64,000 nucleotides of DNA, taken from Planctomycetota bacterium (GTDB lineage Bacteria; Planctomycetota; B15-G4). The stretch lies in the NCBI GenBank assembly GCA_965248575.1, contig CBDFJQ010000002.1, forward strand, positions 4,032,001 to 4,096,000, in the 5' to 3' direction. The notes below the pieces were generated by a model. That model saw nothing but the letters and a program-made list of their open reading frames with translations. It ran no database searches and had not been told where the DNA came from. The position numbers were made by a program, and so were the translations under genes. Below are positions 9,227 to 17,869 of the stretch, one piece after another (positions within the stretch are counted from its first letter, which is position 1; the number at the start of each line of letters is the position of its first letter).

Positions 9227-10888
9227 ATGAGTGACCGTCCCTACACGCCCGTGCGCGCCCCCCGCGGCGCGGAGCTGAGCTGTCGGAGTTGGCTGACCGA
9301 GGCGCCCTTGCGCATGCTCATGAACAACCTCGACCCGGAGGTTGCAGAGGAGCCCGAGCGGCTTGTCGTGTATGGCGGCTCAGGCAAGGCGGCGCGCAGC
9401 TGGCGCGACTTCGATGCGATCTGTGATGCCTTGCGGGTGCTGGGGGACGACGAGACCCTGCTCATGCAGTCGGGCCGCGCGGTGGGTGTGTTCAAGACTC
9501 ACGCAGACGCCCCCCGGGTGCTGATTGCCAACAGCAACCTGGTCCCCAAGTGGAGCACCTGGGAGCACTTCAACGAGCTGGAGCGCCAAGGCTTGATCAT
9601 GTTCGGCCAGATGACGGCCGGCTCGTGGATCTACATTGGCAGCCAGGGAATCGTCCAGGGCACCTACGAGACCTTCATGTCGGCGGCGGACCGGCACTTC
9701 GACGGCAGCCTCACGGGGCGCCTCGTCGTGACGGGAGGCTTGGGTGGCATGGGCGGCGCGCAGCCCCTGGCGGCGTGCATGGCGGGCGCAACCTTCTTGG
9801 CGGCCGACGTCGATCCCCGGCGCATCGAGAAGCGCCTGGAGACGCGCTACATCGACAAGATGACTGACAACCTCGACGAGGCCATCAAGACGGCCCTCGA
9901 ATGGAAGGCCGCGGGCGCCGCGAAGTCCATCGGTTGGGTCGGGAATCAGGTCGATCTGCTGCAGGCCTTGATCGACAGGGATGTCGTGCCCGACTTGCTC
10001 ACCGACCAGACGAGTGCCCATGACCCTGTCGATGGCTATGTCCCCACGGGGATGACCTTCGAGGAGGCGGTCGCGCTGCGGGGCAGGGATCGTGACGGTT
10101 ACCGGCGCAGGTCCCTCGACACGATGGTGGCGCACATTGCCGCCATGCGCGCGCTGCAGGACAAGGGCGCCGTCACCTTCGACTACGGCAACAACCTGCG
10201 CGGTTTCGCGACGGAGGCTGGGTCACCCGACGCCTTCAAGATTCCCGGCTTCGTGCCGGAGTACATCCGGCCGCTCTTCTGTCTCGGCAAGGGGCCGTTC
10301 CGGTGGGCAGCCTTGAGTGGCGACCCGAAGGACATCGCGGTCACGGATGAGGCGGTCCTGCGCCTCTTTCCGGAAGACGCCGCCTTGGCACGTTGGATCA
10401 AGTTGGCCGGCGAGCGCATCGCCTTCCAAGGCCTGCCGGCACGCATTTGCTGGCTCGGCTATGGGGACCGCGCCAAGCTGGGGTTGGAGATCAACCGACT
10501 CGTCGCGACGGGCGAGATCTCTGCACCCGTTGCCATCGGGCGAGACCATCTCGACTGCGGCTCCGTGGCCTCTCCCAACCGGGAGACCGAGGGCATGAAG
10601 GATGGGTCCGACGCCATTTCGGATTGGGCGTTGTTGAACGCGCTGTTGAACACGTCCTCCGGTGCGACGTGGGTGTCTTTTCATCACGGCGGCGGTGTCG
10701 GGATGGGGTACAGCCAGCATGCGGGTCAGGTCACGGTGGCCGATGGAACCGAGGCGGCCGCCCGGCGTTTGGAGCGTGTGCTGACCAACGACCCAGGGAC
10801 CGGAGTGATGCGTCACGCTCACTCGGGCTATGAAGAGGCGTTGGAGTGCGCCAAGGAGCGAGGCATGAATCTGCCGGGCTTGACCTAG
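9227..10888 (+). CDS. hutU: Urocanate hydratase
   Basis: [84 protein letters not shown]. Confidence 0.97.
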   Translation: MSDRPYTPVRAPRGAELSCRSWLTEAPLRMLMNNLDPEVAEEPERLVVYGGSGKAARSWRDFDAICDALRVLGDDETLLMQSGRAVGVFKTHADAPRVLIANSNLVPKWSTWEHFNELERQGLIMFGQMTAGSWIYIGSQGIVQGTYETFMSAADRHFDGSLTGRLVVTGGLGGMGGAQPLAACMAGATFLAADVDPRRIEKRLETRYIDKMTDNLDEAIKTALEWKAAGAAKSIGWVGNQVDLLQALIDRDVVPDLLTDQTSAHDPVDGYVPTGMTFEEAVALRGRDRDGYRRRSLDTMVAHIAAMRALQDKGAVTFDYGNNLRGFATEAGSPDAFKIPGFVPEYIRPLFCLGKGPFRWAALSGDPKDIAVTDEAVLRLFPEDAALARWIKLAGERIAFQGLPARICWLGYGDRAKLGLEINRLVATGEISAPVAIGRDHLDCGSVASPNRETEGMKDGSDAISDWALLNALLNTSSGATWVSFHHGGGVGMGYSQHAGQVTVADGTEAAARRLERVLTNDPGTGVMRHAHSGYEEALECAKERGMNLPGLT

Positions 10889-10920
10889 GCGCGCAGCTAG
10901 GCGCACCTAGGCGCACCTAG
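10884..10920. repeat. Short tandem repeat of GCGCA(C/G)CTAG, 3 copies of a 10-mer plus a partial unit overlapping the hutU stop
   Basis: cctaggc gcgcagctag gcgcacctag gcgcacctag read directly. Confidence 0.8.
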
Positions 10921-11076
10921 GGACGCAGCGGCCACGAGCTGGACACAAGCTCGGGTCGTGTTGGCATTCAGTGCTGCAATCCGGGCGTCTGATTCACAAC
11001 AATGGTGCCGAGGCATCATCGTGCGTTGGGGTTCTCTGCGACGGTGGGCCACACCCGTAGTCCGTGAGGAAGTGCC

Positions 11077-12237
11077 ATGGCAGGCTCTGATGAATTCGAG
11101 AAGGTCTTTGCATCGAGCGAACCACCGGGAGGGGGGCCGTCTCGACCGCAGCCAACGGGTGGCAGTAAGGTGGCTCTCTTCGCAGCGATCGGCGCTCTCC
11201 TGCTGCTCGGGGTGACCGTCCTGGCGAGCGGGCAGGGCGGAGTCATCGAGGTGCAAGCTGATCAGGTGGCCGTGATTGCCAGCTATCTGAGCGGGGAGAC
11301 CGAAGTGGTCCTCTCCCCCGGCTACCGCTTCTTCGTGCCCTTTCTCCAGCAGGGCTATCTCTTTGACAAGAGCGTGCAGGAGTTCGTCATGGAGGGCGAT
11401 GTCGATCGGGACGCCAACCATGTGAAGAAATTGACGGTGCGAGCGAACGATGGGTCGAACCTCTGGTTCGACAAGATGCAGCTGCAGTACCGGATCATCC
11501 CCAACATGGCCGATATCGTGCTGGCTGACTCGGGTGAGCAGGAGGAGTTCAAGCGGAACTGGGTCCGTGCCTACGCCCGGTCCATCCTCCGGGATGAGTT
11601 CGGCAAGTTCTCATCGTCCGACATCGCCGACCCCACCAACTACAACATTGCCGCTGCGGATGCGCGCGCGCGGCTCAATGAGGTGCTGCACGAGCACGGC
11701 ATCGACATCATCCAGATCATCACGCCGAAGCCCAAGTTCGACGAGCGCTATGAGACGGCCATCGAGGACCGGAAGGTCGCGAACCAGGAGGTCGAACGCA
11801 TCAAGGCTCGCGCGGAGCAGCTTCGGCGCGAGCGCGAGCGGTTGGTGGCAGAGATCGACGCAACCAAGGCCGTCGAGTACGAGGTGCTCAAGGGAACTCT
11901 TGGGGCCGAGCTCATTTCCGCGGGTCGCGAAAAGATCCGCATCGAGCGATCTGCGGATGCCTACAAGACCAAGGTCGTCTCTGAAGGTGAATCCGCCAGG
12001 GCGCAGCTCGTTGAGAAGGCCAGGGGCATGACAGAGAAGGCCGTCAAGGAGGCTGAGGGTCTCAGGGCCAAGACCGATGCCCTGGCCAAGCAAGGTGAGG
12101 TTCTCGTGCGCGAAGTTCTTGCGCAACGCCTGACGGACATCACCTTCAAGCTCGTGCCCTATACCCGTGATGCACAACCCCAGAGAGTTGAGCTCGAAAG
12201 CTCGGACGGCACTCTCGAGCTGGGAGGTAACCGATGA
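11077..12237 (+). CDS. SPFH / band-7 (prohibitin/HflC-like) membrane protein 1
   Basis: One N-terminal TM, LSPGYRFFVPF, ARSILRDEFGK, long Glu/Ala/Lys coiled coil. Confidence 0.8.
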   Translation: MAGSDEFEKVFASSEPPGGGPSRPQPTGGSKVALFAAIGALLLLGVTVLASGQGGVIEVQADQVAVIASYLSGETEVVLSPGYRFFVPFLQQGYLFDKSVQEFVMEGDVDRDANHVKKLTVRANDGSNLWFDKMQLQYRIIPNMADIVLADSGEQEEFKRNWVRAYARSILRDEFGKFSSSDIADPTNYNIAAADARARLNEVLHEHGIDIIQIITPKPKFDERYETAIEDRKVANQEVERIKARAEQLRRERERLVAEIDATKAVEYEVLKGTLGAELISAGREKIRIERSADAYKTKVVSEGESARAQLVEKARGMTEKAVKEAEGLRAKTDALAKQGEVLVREVLAQRLTDITFKLVPYTRDAQPQRVELESSDGTLELGGNR

Positions 12238-13340
12238 CTCGTTTCGCCAGGTCGCTCGCAACAACCGTGACCATTCTCGTGGTCTTGGCAGTCGGCTGCA
12301 TGCTCTTCTTCGAGCGCGTTCAACCCATGGACATCGGGGTGCGACAATCGCTTTGGGGCGGAGGTATCAGCCAGGAAGACTTCACGACGGGCACGTATCT
12401 GGGGATCACGGGAGTGCACAAGTGGCACTACCTTCCGCGTCGGACCCACTTCCTCCATTTCACCGGTGCTGCCAGTGGTCGCGGGATCAACTCCACCGGG
12501 CAAGGCTCACATGGATTGGCTTCCACGATGTGGAACCAGCCCATGGAGCTACGCACGACAGACGGCAACCTCACGACCATCGACCTGACGGTGCCCTATC
12601 GGATCATCGAGGGTGGCGCGTGGAAGATCGTCTCCGACGGCATCAAGGCCGACTACACGGAGAATGTGAAATCCAAGGTAGAGAGCGTGCTCAGGAGCAA
12701 GTTGTCCAAGCTGACGTCGGAGGACTTCCAGAGCACGGAGAAACGCCTGCTCAGGGCTGCCGAGGTGTTGCCTCTTCTCAATGAGACCTTGGCCGAGTTC
12801 TACGTGCAGGCGGACACCATCCTGATCCGCCGCGTTTCCTTCGGCAACCAGTACGAAGGGAAGCTCCAGGAGAAGCAGTTCTACACCCAGAAGGCGCTGC
12901 TCGACATCGCGCTGACGGGGCAGGCCGACGAGGAGAAGGTCACCAACTCGATCGAGAAGCAGATCGAAGCAGAGATCAAGTCGAAGACCGAGGAGTGGAA
13001 CAAGACGTTGCAGGAGGAGCGGAGTCGCTACCAGGTGCTCGTCGCTGAGGTTGCTGCAGAGGCTCTGGTCTATGAGAGCCGCGTCCGCGCCGAAGGTGAA
13101 GCGGAATCCATTTCGCGGGAGGCGGCTGGACAGCTCGCGGTGGATCAGGCGGAGGCGCTGCGAAACCAGTTGCGCAACGAGATCCTCAACTCCACGGGTG
13201 GCTCCATCTTCCTGGCCATGGAAGCGGCCCAGAACCTGCGGGTGCGAGAGGTCACCTTGAACAGCAACGACCCGCGCGTACCGCTGGTCATGGATCTGGC
13301 CGAGATGGCGACGCTCCTGATGTCCGACGGAACGCCCTAG
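12234..13340 (+). CDS. SPFH / band-7 membrane protein 2
   Basis: ATGA overlap with the previous gene; N-terminal TM, LRTTDGNLTTIDLTVPYRI, coiled-coil C-terminus. Confidence 0.8.
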   Translation: MTRFARSLATTVTILVVLAVGCMLFFERVQPMDIGVRQSLWGGGISQEDFTTGTYLGITGVHKWHYLPRRTHFLHFTGAASGRGINSTGQGSHGLASTMWNQPMELRTTDGNLTTIDLTVPYRIIEGGAWKIVSDGIKADYTENVKSKVESVLRSKLSKLTSEDFQSTEKRLLRAAEVLPLLNETLAEFYVQADTILIRRVSFGNQYEGKLQEKQFYTQKALLDIALTGQADEEKVTNSIEKQIEAEIKSKTEEWNKTLQEERSRYQVLVAEVAAEALVYESRVRAEGEAESISREAAGQLAVDQAEALRNQLRNEILNSTGGSIFLAMEAAQNLRVREVTLNSNDPRVPLVMDLAEMATLLMSDGTP

Positions 13341-14221
13341 GACGCCGGCTTGGTGCCGGAGATCAGGAAGATCTCCCCTGGTAGCTCCAGCTTCCCGTTG
13401 GAGTGCCAGGGGAGAACGCGCTTCGCCACCGCTTGGCGAATGCGTTCGACGTCCAGCGGGTCGAGCTCCGCAAAGCGTTCTCCAATGGACGGGGAGATCA
13501 TGCGCTGCACGTCGACGAGTTGAGCAGGCTGGATCTGCTCGAAGCGCATCTGGATCGCCGCGGTTTCTTCGCGCACGTTCTCGAAGCCAGCTTGCCGAAG
13601 CAGCGCCGAGAGCGACTCCGGTTCCGAGAACTCAAAGGGCGTCTTGGTTCCGGGCTCGAGTGGGGCCGCAGGAAAGCCGGACTCTTCGAGTGCCTTCACC
13701 GTCACTGTGAAGTAGGCATTGTTCTCGCGCGGCCCCCAAACGGCGAACACAGTGCGCCCGTTCGGACGTAGGCAGCGCAAGGCGTCCTCCAAGGCGCGCA
13801 GTGGCTCGTCGAAGAACATGATGCCGAAGCGGCTGGTGAGCGCATCGACACTTCCCGTCTTGAAGGGCAGTTGCTCTCCACGCGACTGGATGGGTGCGAC
13901 GCAGAGTCCGGCGCTGCCAGCCCGCTGAGCCGTGGTGCGAACCATCTCTTCGACTCCGTCCAGTGCCAGGACCCTCCCGCCGGGTGCTACGAGCGAGCCC
14001 AAGCGGAGCGAGGGGTCGCCTGGGCCACAGGCCAGATCGACGATCCGCTCACCGGCCTGGGCTCCCAGGCGCTGAAGGAGAGCGTCCGTAGCATCGCGCG
14101 TCATCTGGGCGATGAGCTCGGCGTGCTCGCTCCAGGCGCTGGCCGTCTTGCGCCACTGAGGCAGGGAAACAGCGGCGAAGTTCGATGGTTGGGGCTTGTG
14201 GCTATTCATCGGGTTGTCCAT
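13337..14221 (-). CDS. Class I SAM-dependent methyltransferase (UbiE-like)
   Basis: IVDLACGPGD motif I, LPF..GSVD, FGIMFF, LRPNGR; start may be 14209. Confidence 0.85.
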   Translation of the reverse strand: MDNPMNSHKPQPSNFAAVSLPQWRKTASAWSEHAELIAQMTRDATDALLQRLGAQAGERIVDLACGPGDPSLRLGSLVAPGGRVLALDGVEEMVRTTAQRAGSAGLCVAPIQSRGEQLPFKTGSVDALTSRFGIMFFDEPLRALEDALRCLRPNGRTVFAVWGPRENNAYFTVTVKALEESGFPAAPLEPGTKTPFEFSEPESLSALLRQAGFENVREETAAIQMRFEQIQPAQLVDVQRMISPSIGERFAELDPLDVERIRQAVAKRVLPWHSNGKLELPGEIFLISGTKPAS

Positions 14222-14273
14222 ATGGTTGCCATAAGTCGTGTATTCGCATAGCCTTGCGTTGCGTGATTATGCA

Positions 14274-14303
14274 TTGACACCTTTCTTGATCCCGAGGTAG
14301 ACT
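14274..14303 (+). promoter_or_regulatory. Sigma-70-type promoter for the dihaem enzyme gene
   Basis: TTGACA-N18-TAGACT in an AT-enriched intergenic region, about 115 bp upstream of ATG 14420. Confidence 0.6.
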
Positions 14304-14419
14304 TCTCCAGCCAATCAGCGGTCCGTAGGTCCCTTCTCTGCGGCGCGCTTGCTGGTCCCGGTCTCACTGACATAGACATTCTTCATCCCTTCCTTCTCTT
14401 CCGCATCGCAGAGGTCCGA

Positions 14420-16090
14420 ATGAACTCCTTCCGTTTCCGCAAGCTCAGCGCCTGCGCGGCCCTCGCTGCCGCCATCATGGCGCCGGCGGCCATCTCGCAG
14501 GCTGACGCGCCACTCCCCAACCCGCCCGAGTTCCCGTTCGAGAACCCGCTGCTGGTTGACCAGGACATCCTGGGCAAGTTCCTGTTCTGGGAAGAGCAGT
14601 TGAGCCACGACAACACCATGTCGTGCGGCACCTGCCACATCCACGAGAATGGCGGAACGGACCCGCGCTCCATCGGAGCCGCGACCCACCCCGGCCCGGA
14701 CAACATGTTCGGAACCGACGACGACATCAATGGCTCGCCTGGCGTGCGTCGCATCGACTTCGCCTCGAACGACCTCCTGTTCTCCTCGTCGCACGGCACG
14801 GCCGCTCAGGCGACGGGCCGCAAGGCTCCGTCCACGATCAACGCCGCCTACTTCAACGACATCTTCTGGGATGGGCGTGCCACCTCGGCCTTCACCGATC
14901 CTCAGACCAACATGGTCGAGATCGCCTACCTCGGCGCTCTGGAGAGCCAGGCTGTGGGACCCCCAGGCTCAGACGTCGAGATGTCCGCTGTGGGTCGTAC
15001 TTGGGATGACATCACCGCCAAGCTGGAGGGGGTGACCCCCATGGCCCTGGCCACGAACCTGCCGCTCGAGATGCAGGACTTCCTCGATTCCAACCCGACC
15101 TACCCGGACATGTTTGCCGCGGTCTACGGCGATGGTGCCGTGACCTCCAAGCGTGTGGGCTTCGCCATCGCCAACTACGAGCGCACGCTCATTGCTGACG
15201 AGACGGCCCTGGATGACTTCCTCAAGGACGTCACCCCGGACCTCGGCCCCTTCCAGGCTGGTTTCGACCTGTTCCAGGGCGACGCCAACTGCGCGACCTG
15301 CCACACCCTTCCGTTCACCATGGACAACGACTACCACAACATCGGTGTCCGCCCGGACGCTGACGATGCGGGTCGCATGGACTTCACGAGTGATCCGGCT
15401 GACGTTGCCAAGTTCAAGACGCCGATGGTCCGCAACTCGGCCCTTCGTCTGCCGCTCATGCACAACGGTTCCATCAACTCCATCACCGAGCTGATCGACT
15501 TCTACGACGTGGGTGGAAACTTCGACGATGGCAACCTGGACATCAACATCCTGGTGCTGAACCTGACGGCTCAGGAGAAGCTGGACCTGGTGGACTTCGT
15601 CGAGAACGGCATGACGGACGCTCGCCTCACCTCCAACGTGTTCCCCTTCACGCGTCCGACGCTCCGCAGTGAGCTTCCTTCGCTGAACACGAACTACGGT
15701 GTCGCCAGTGCTGACAGCATCGGTGGTTTCGCTGGTGTCTACACCAACGGCCCTGCCAACCGCGGCAACGGCAACTTCGTGATCGGCCTCACGGATGCAA
15801 GTCCGAACAAGGCAGCCCAGTTGATCCTCTCCTTCGGGCAGGATCTCGCTGGTACGCCCTACCCGGACCCGCGCTTCCCCGTGCCGGTCAACGTGGGTAT
15901 CGGTTCCATCTTCGTGAAGGCGCCGACCACCACCACCGCGGACGGTCTGGCCAGCTTCAACATGCCGATCCCGAACGACGCGATCCTCGCGGGCTTCAAG
16001 TTCTACGCCCAGTGGTTCGTCGCCGATCCGGGTGCGGTGCCGCCCGGTGGCATCTACGGCACGGACGGTCTGGAGATCCAGATCCTCTGA
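14420..16090 (+). CDS. Secreted dihaem cytochrome c peroxidase / MauG-family protein with extra C-terminal domain
   Basis: Signal peptide; CGTCH and CATCH; LGKFLFWE, IFWDGRA, IANYERTL, FKTPMVRN, MHNGS. Confidence 0.9.
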   Translation: MNSFRFRKLSACAALAAAIMAPAAISQADAPLPNPPEFPFENPLLVDQDILGKFLFWEEQLSHDNTMSCGTCHIHENGGTDPRSIGAATHPGPDNMFGTDDDINGSPGVRRIDFASNDLLFSSSHGTAAQATGRKAPSTINAAYFNDIFWDGRATSAFTDPQTNMVEIAYLGALESQAVGPPGSDVEMSAVGRTWDDITAKLEGVTPMALATNLPLEMQDFLDSNPTYPDMFAAVYGDGAVTSKRVGFAIANYERTLIADETALDDFLKDVTPDLGPFQAGFDLFQGDANCATCHTLPFTMDNDYHNIGVRPDADDAGRMDFTSDPADVAKFKTPMVRNSALRLPLMHNGSINSITELIDFYDVGGNFDDGNLDINILVLNLTAQEKLDLVDFVENGMTDARLTSNVFPFTRPTLRSELPSLNTNYGVASADSIGGFAGVYTNGPANRGNGNFVIGLTDASPNKAAQLILSFGQDLAGTPYPDPRFPVPVNVGIGSIFVKAPTTTTADGLASFNMPIPNDAILAGFKFYAQWFVADPGAVPPGGIYGTDGLEIQIL

Positions 16091-16106
16091 TCTGACTCTC
16101 GACGAG

Positions 16107-16167
16107 CGTTCGGCTTAGGCCGAACGGGAGACGGGCGTCGCGGCTTCATGGCTGCGGCGCCCGTCTT
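16107..16167 (+). terminator. Double hairpin after the dihaem enzyme gene, between convergent genes
   Basis: CGTTCGGC-TTAG-GCCGAACG, then GACGGGCGTCGCGGC-TTCATG-GCTGCGGCGCCCGTC-TT. Confidence 0.65.
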
Positions 16168-16234
16168 CAATTCCGGGCCAGGCGGTCAAGCGATCTGTCG
16201 CAGACTTCGCCCGATCCGATAGCGCCCGACCCCG

Positions 16235-17869
16235 CTAGCGCTTGAGACAGGGTGTCGACTGCATGCTGTCCGAGCGGCCTGAACTCACCGAGCGGCTTGC
16301 GCCGACATAGCCCAGCTGGGACAGGCGCTCCCGGGCCTCTGCGTCGAGTGTGTCCAGCTTCAGCTCGCCCTGGTGCCGGGGGTCCGCGAGGAAGTCGCGC
16401 AGCATGAGCCACAGCGGCTGCAGCTCTTCGGGCAACCCGCGCCCGCCTTCCAGTGCGGACAGCTGGAAGCCGTCCAGCAGGTTGAGCTGTTCCAGGGGGT
16501 CTGCCAGCAGGTCATAGGCCTCGATACAGTCGATCTCGAAGCCCGTGGCCGAGTTCTGATACGGGCTCTTGCGAGGGAAGACGTGGTCGGGGTTGTAGAT
16601 GAGTTTGTGCTTCCCGTCGCTCACGGCGTAGATGAGGTCCTGCCATTCGATGATGGCGTGGGTGGGCGCGGCCGCGCCCGATTCGCCTCGCAGCATGGGG
16701 CCGAGGCTCATGCCTTCCATGGAAGGGTCTGGGGGCAGGTCGAGCAGGTCGATCACCGTGGGTGCGATGTCGATGTTGCGGACGACGTTCTGGATGCGCA
16801 GCCCCCGTTGGAGCTCGGGCCCTGAGATGATGAGCGGCACTCGCACCACACCGTCGTAGATCGACGCGCCGTGATAGTAGTAGCGGTTGTGGTCGTACAG
16901 CTCTTCGCCGTGGTCGGAGGTGAACACGACGAGGGTGTTCTCCAGTTCGCCGAGTTCCGCCAGCTGATCGAGGATGCGGGCCAGGCGATCGTCGGTTGCG
17001 TGGACAGTCCCGTCGTACAACCCGCGGACCCGGGCCAACTCCAGCTCGGAAGCCTCAGGGCTCTTGCCCAGGGTGATTCCGTTGAGGTAGCCGTCCAGCT
17101 TGAGCTCCGAGTTGGGGCCCGGTGACCGGATGGCGTCGGGAAGCCCCTTGGTCTTGCCGTAGCTGTCGATGAAACCGGCCGGCGGGTTGTAGGGCTTGTG
17201 GATGTTGTAGAAGTGCGTCCAGACCGCGAAGGGCTTGTCCGTATCCAACGTGTTGAGGTAGTTCTTGGTGGCCCGCTCGACCCGGTCGTCCCACTCGACC
17301 TGCAGGCGACCCTCATCACCCCGCTTGAGGGCGTTGCGCCTCCCGCCGTACCCGTCCGAGGCCACGTCCGCGCCCCGGGCAACCCAGCCGTCCACGGGGT
17401 GCCTCACCTCGAAGTTGGCGATGAACACGCCCGTCTGATAACCGACGCCGCTCAAGTGTTCGATGAGCGTCGTGTGCTCGGTCGGCAGGGGGAAGGCGTT
17501 CTCCCTCAAGCCGGTGGTGGCCGGGTATTTGCCCGTGAGCATGGAAGCGATGGACGGGTGCGTTTGACCTCGAGGAGCGTAGGCCGTCTCGAAGACGACC
17601 CCTGTCTCAGCGAGGGCATCCACCCGGGGAGAGGGGCTCGTGTCCCACTCGTCGTTTCCGTAGGCACCCAGGCGATCAGCCCGCAGGGTGTCCCAGCTCA
17701 CGAGCAGCAGGTTGATGTCCTTGGGCGGAGTCGGGTCGCCGCACGCGGGGAGCAAGAACGGGACAAGCAAGAGGCTCAACCCCAAGCTGACGGGAGCCAG
17801 CGCTGGGTTTCTTGCGTGCGGCTCGGCGTGGGGGCCTGCGTACGAGTCGTTCAAAAGATGAGTGACCAT
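16235..17869 (-). CDS. Sulfatase-like hydrolase/transferase, probable lipoprotein
   Basis: Start reassigned to ATG 17869; lipobox LPAC; VSWDTLRADRLG, THPSIASMLTG, FTSDHGEE, RVPLII, DIAPT, C-terminal LSQLGY. Confidence 0.85.
   Translation of the reverse strand: MVTHLLNDSYAGPHAEPHARNPALAPVSLGLSLLLVPFLLPACGDPTPPKDINLLLVSWDTLRADRLGAYGNDEWDTSPSPRVDALAETGVVFETAYAPRGQTHPSIASMLTGKYPATTGLRENAFPLPTEHTTLIEHLSGVGYQTGVFIANFEVRHPVDGWVARGADVASDGYGGRRNALKRGDEGRLQVEWDDRVERATKNYLNTLDTDKPFAVWTHFYNIHKPYNPPAGFIDSYGKTKGLPDAIRSPGPNSELKLDGYLNGITLGKSPEASELELARVRGLYDGTVHATDDRLARILDQLAELGELENTLVVFTSDHGEELYDHNRYYYHGASIYDGVVRVPLIISGPELQRGLRIQNVVRNIDIAPTVIDLLDLPPDPSMEGMSLGPMLRGESGAAAPTHAIIEWQDLIYAVSDGKHKLIYNPDHVFPRKSPYQNSATGFEIDCIEAYDLLADPLEQLNLLDGFQLSALEGGRGLPEELQPLWLMLRDFLADPRHQGELKLDTLDAEARERLSQLGYVGASRSVSSGRSDSMQSTPCLKR

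Noticed and set aside
10884..10920. CRISPR-like repeat
   Set aside because: 10-bp units with no spacers and no cas genes.
10961..10980. Sigma-54-like site TGGCATTCAGTGCTGC before the SPFH pair
   Set aside because: GG-to-GC spacing does not fit the strict N10 rule.
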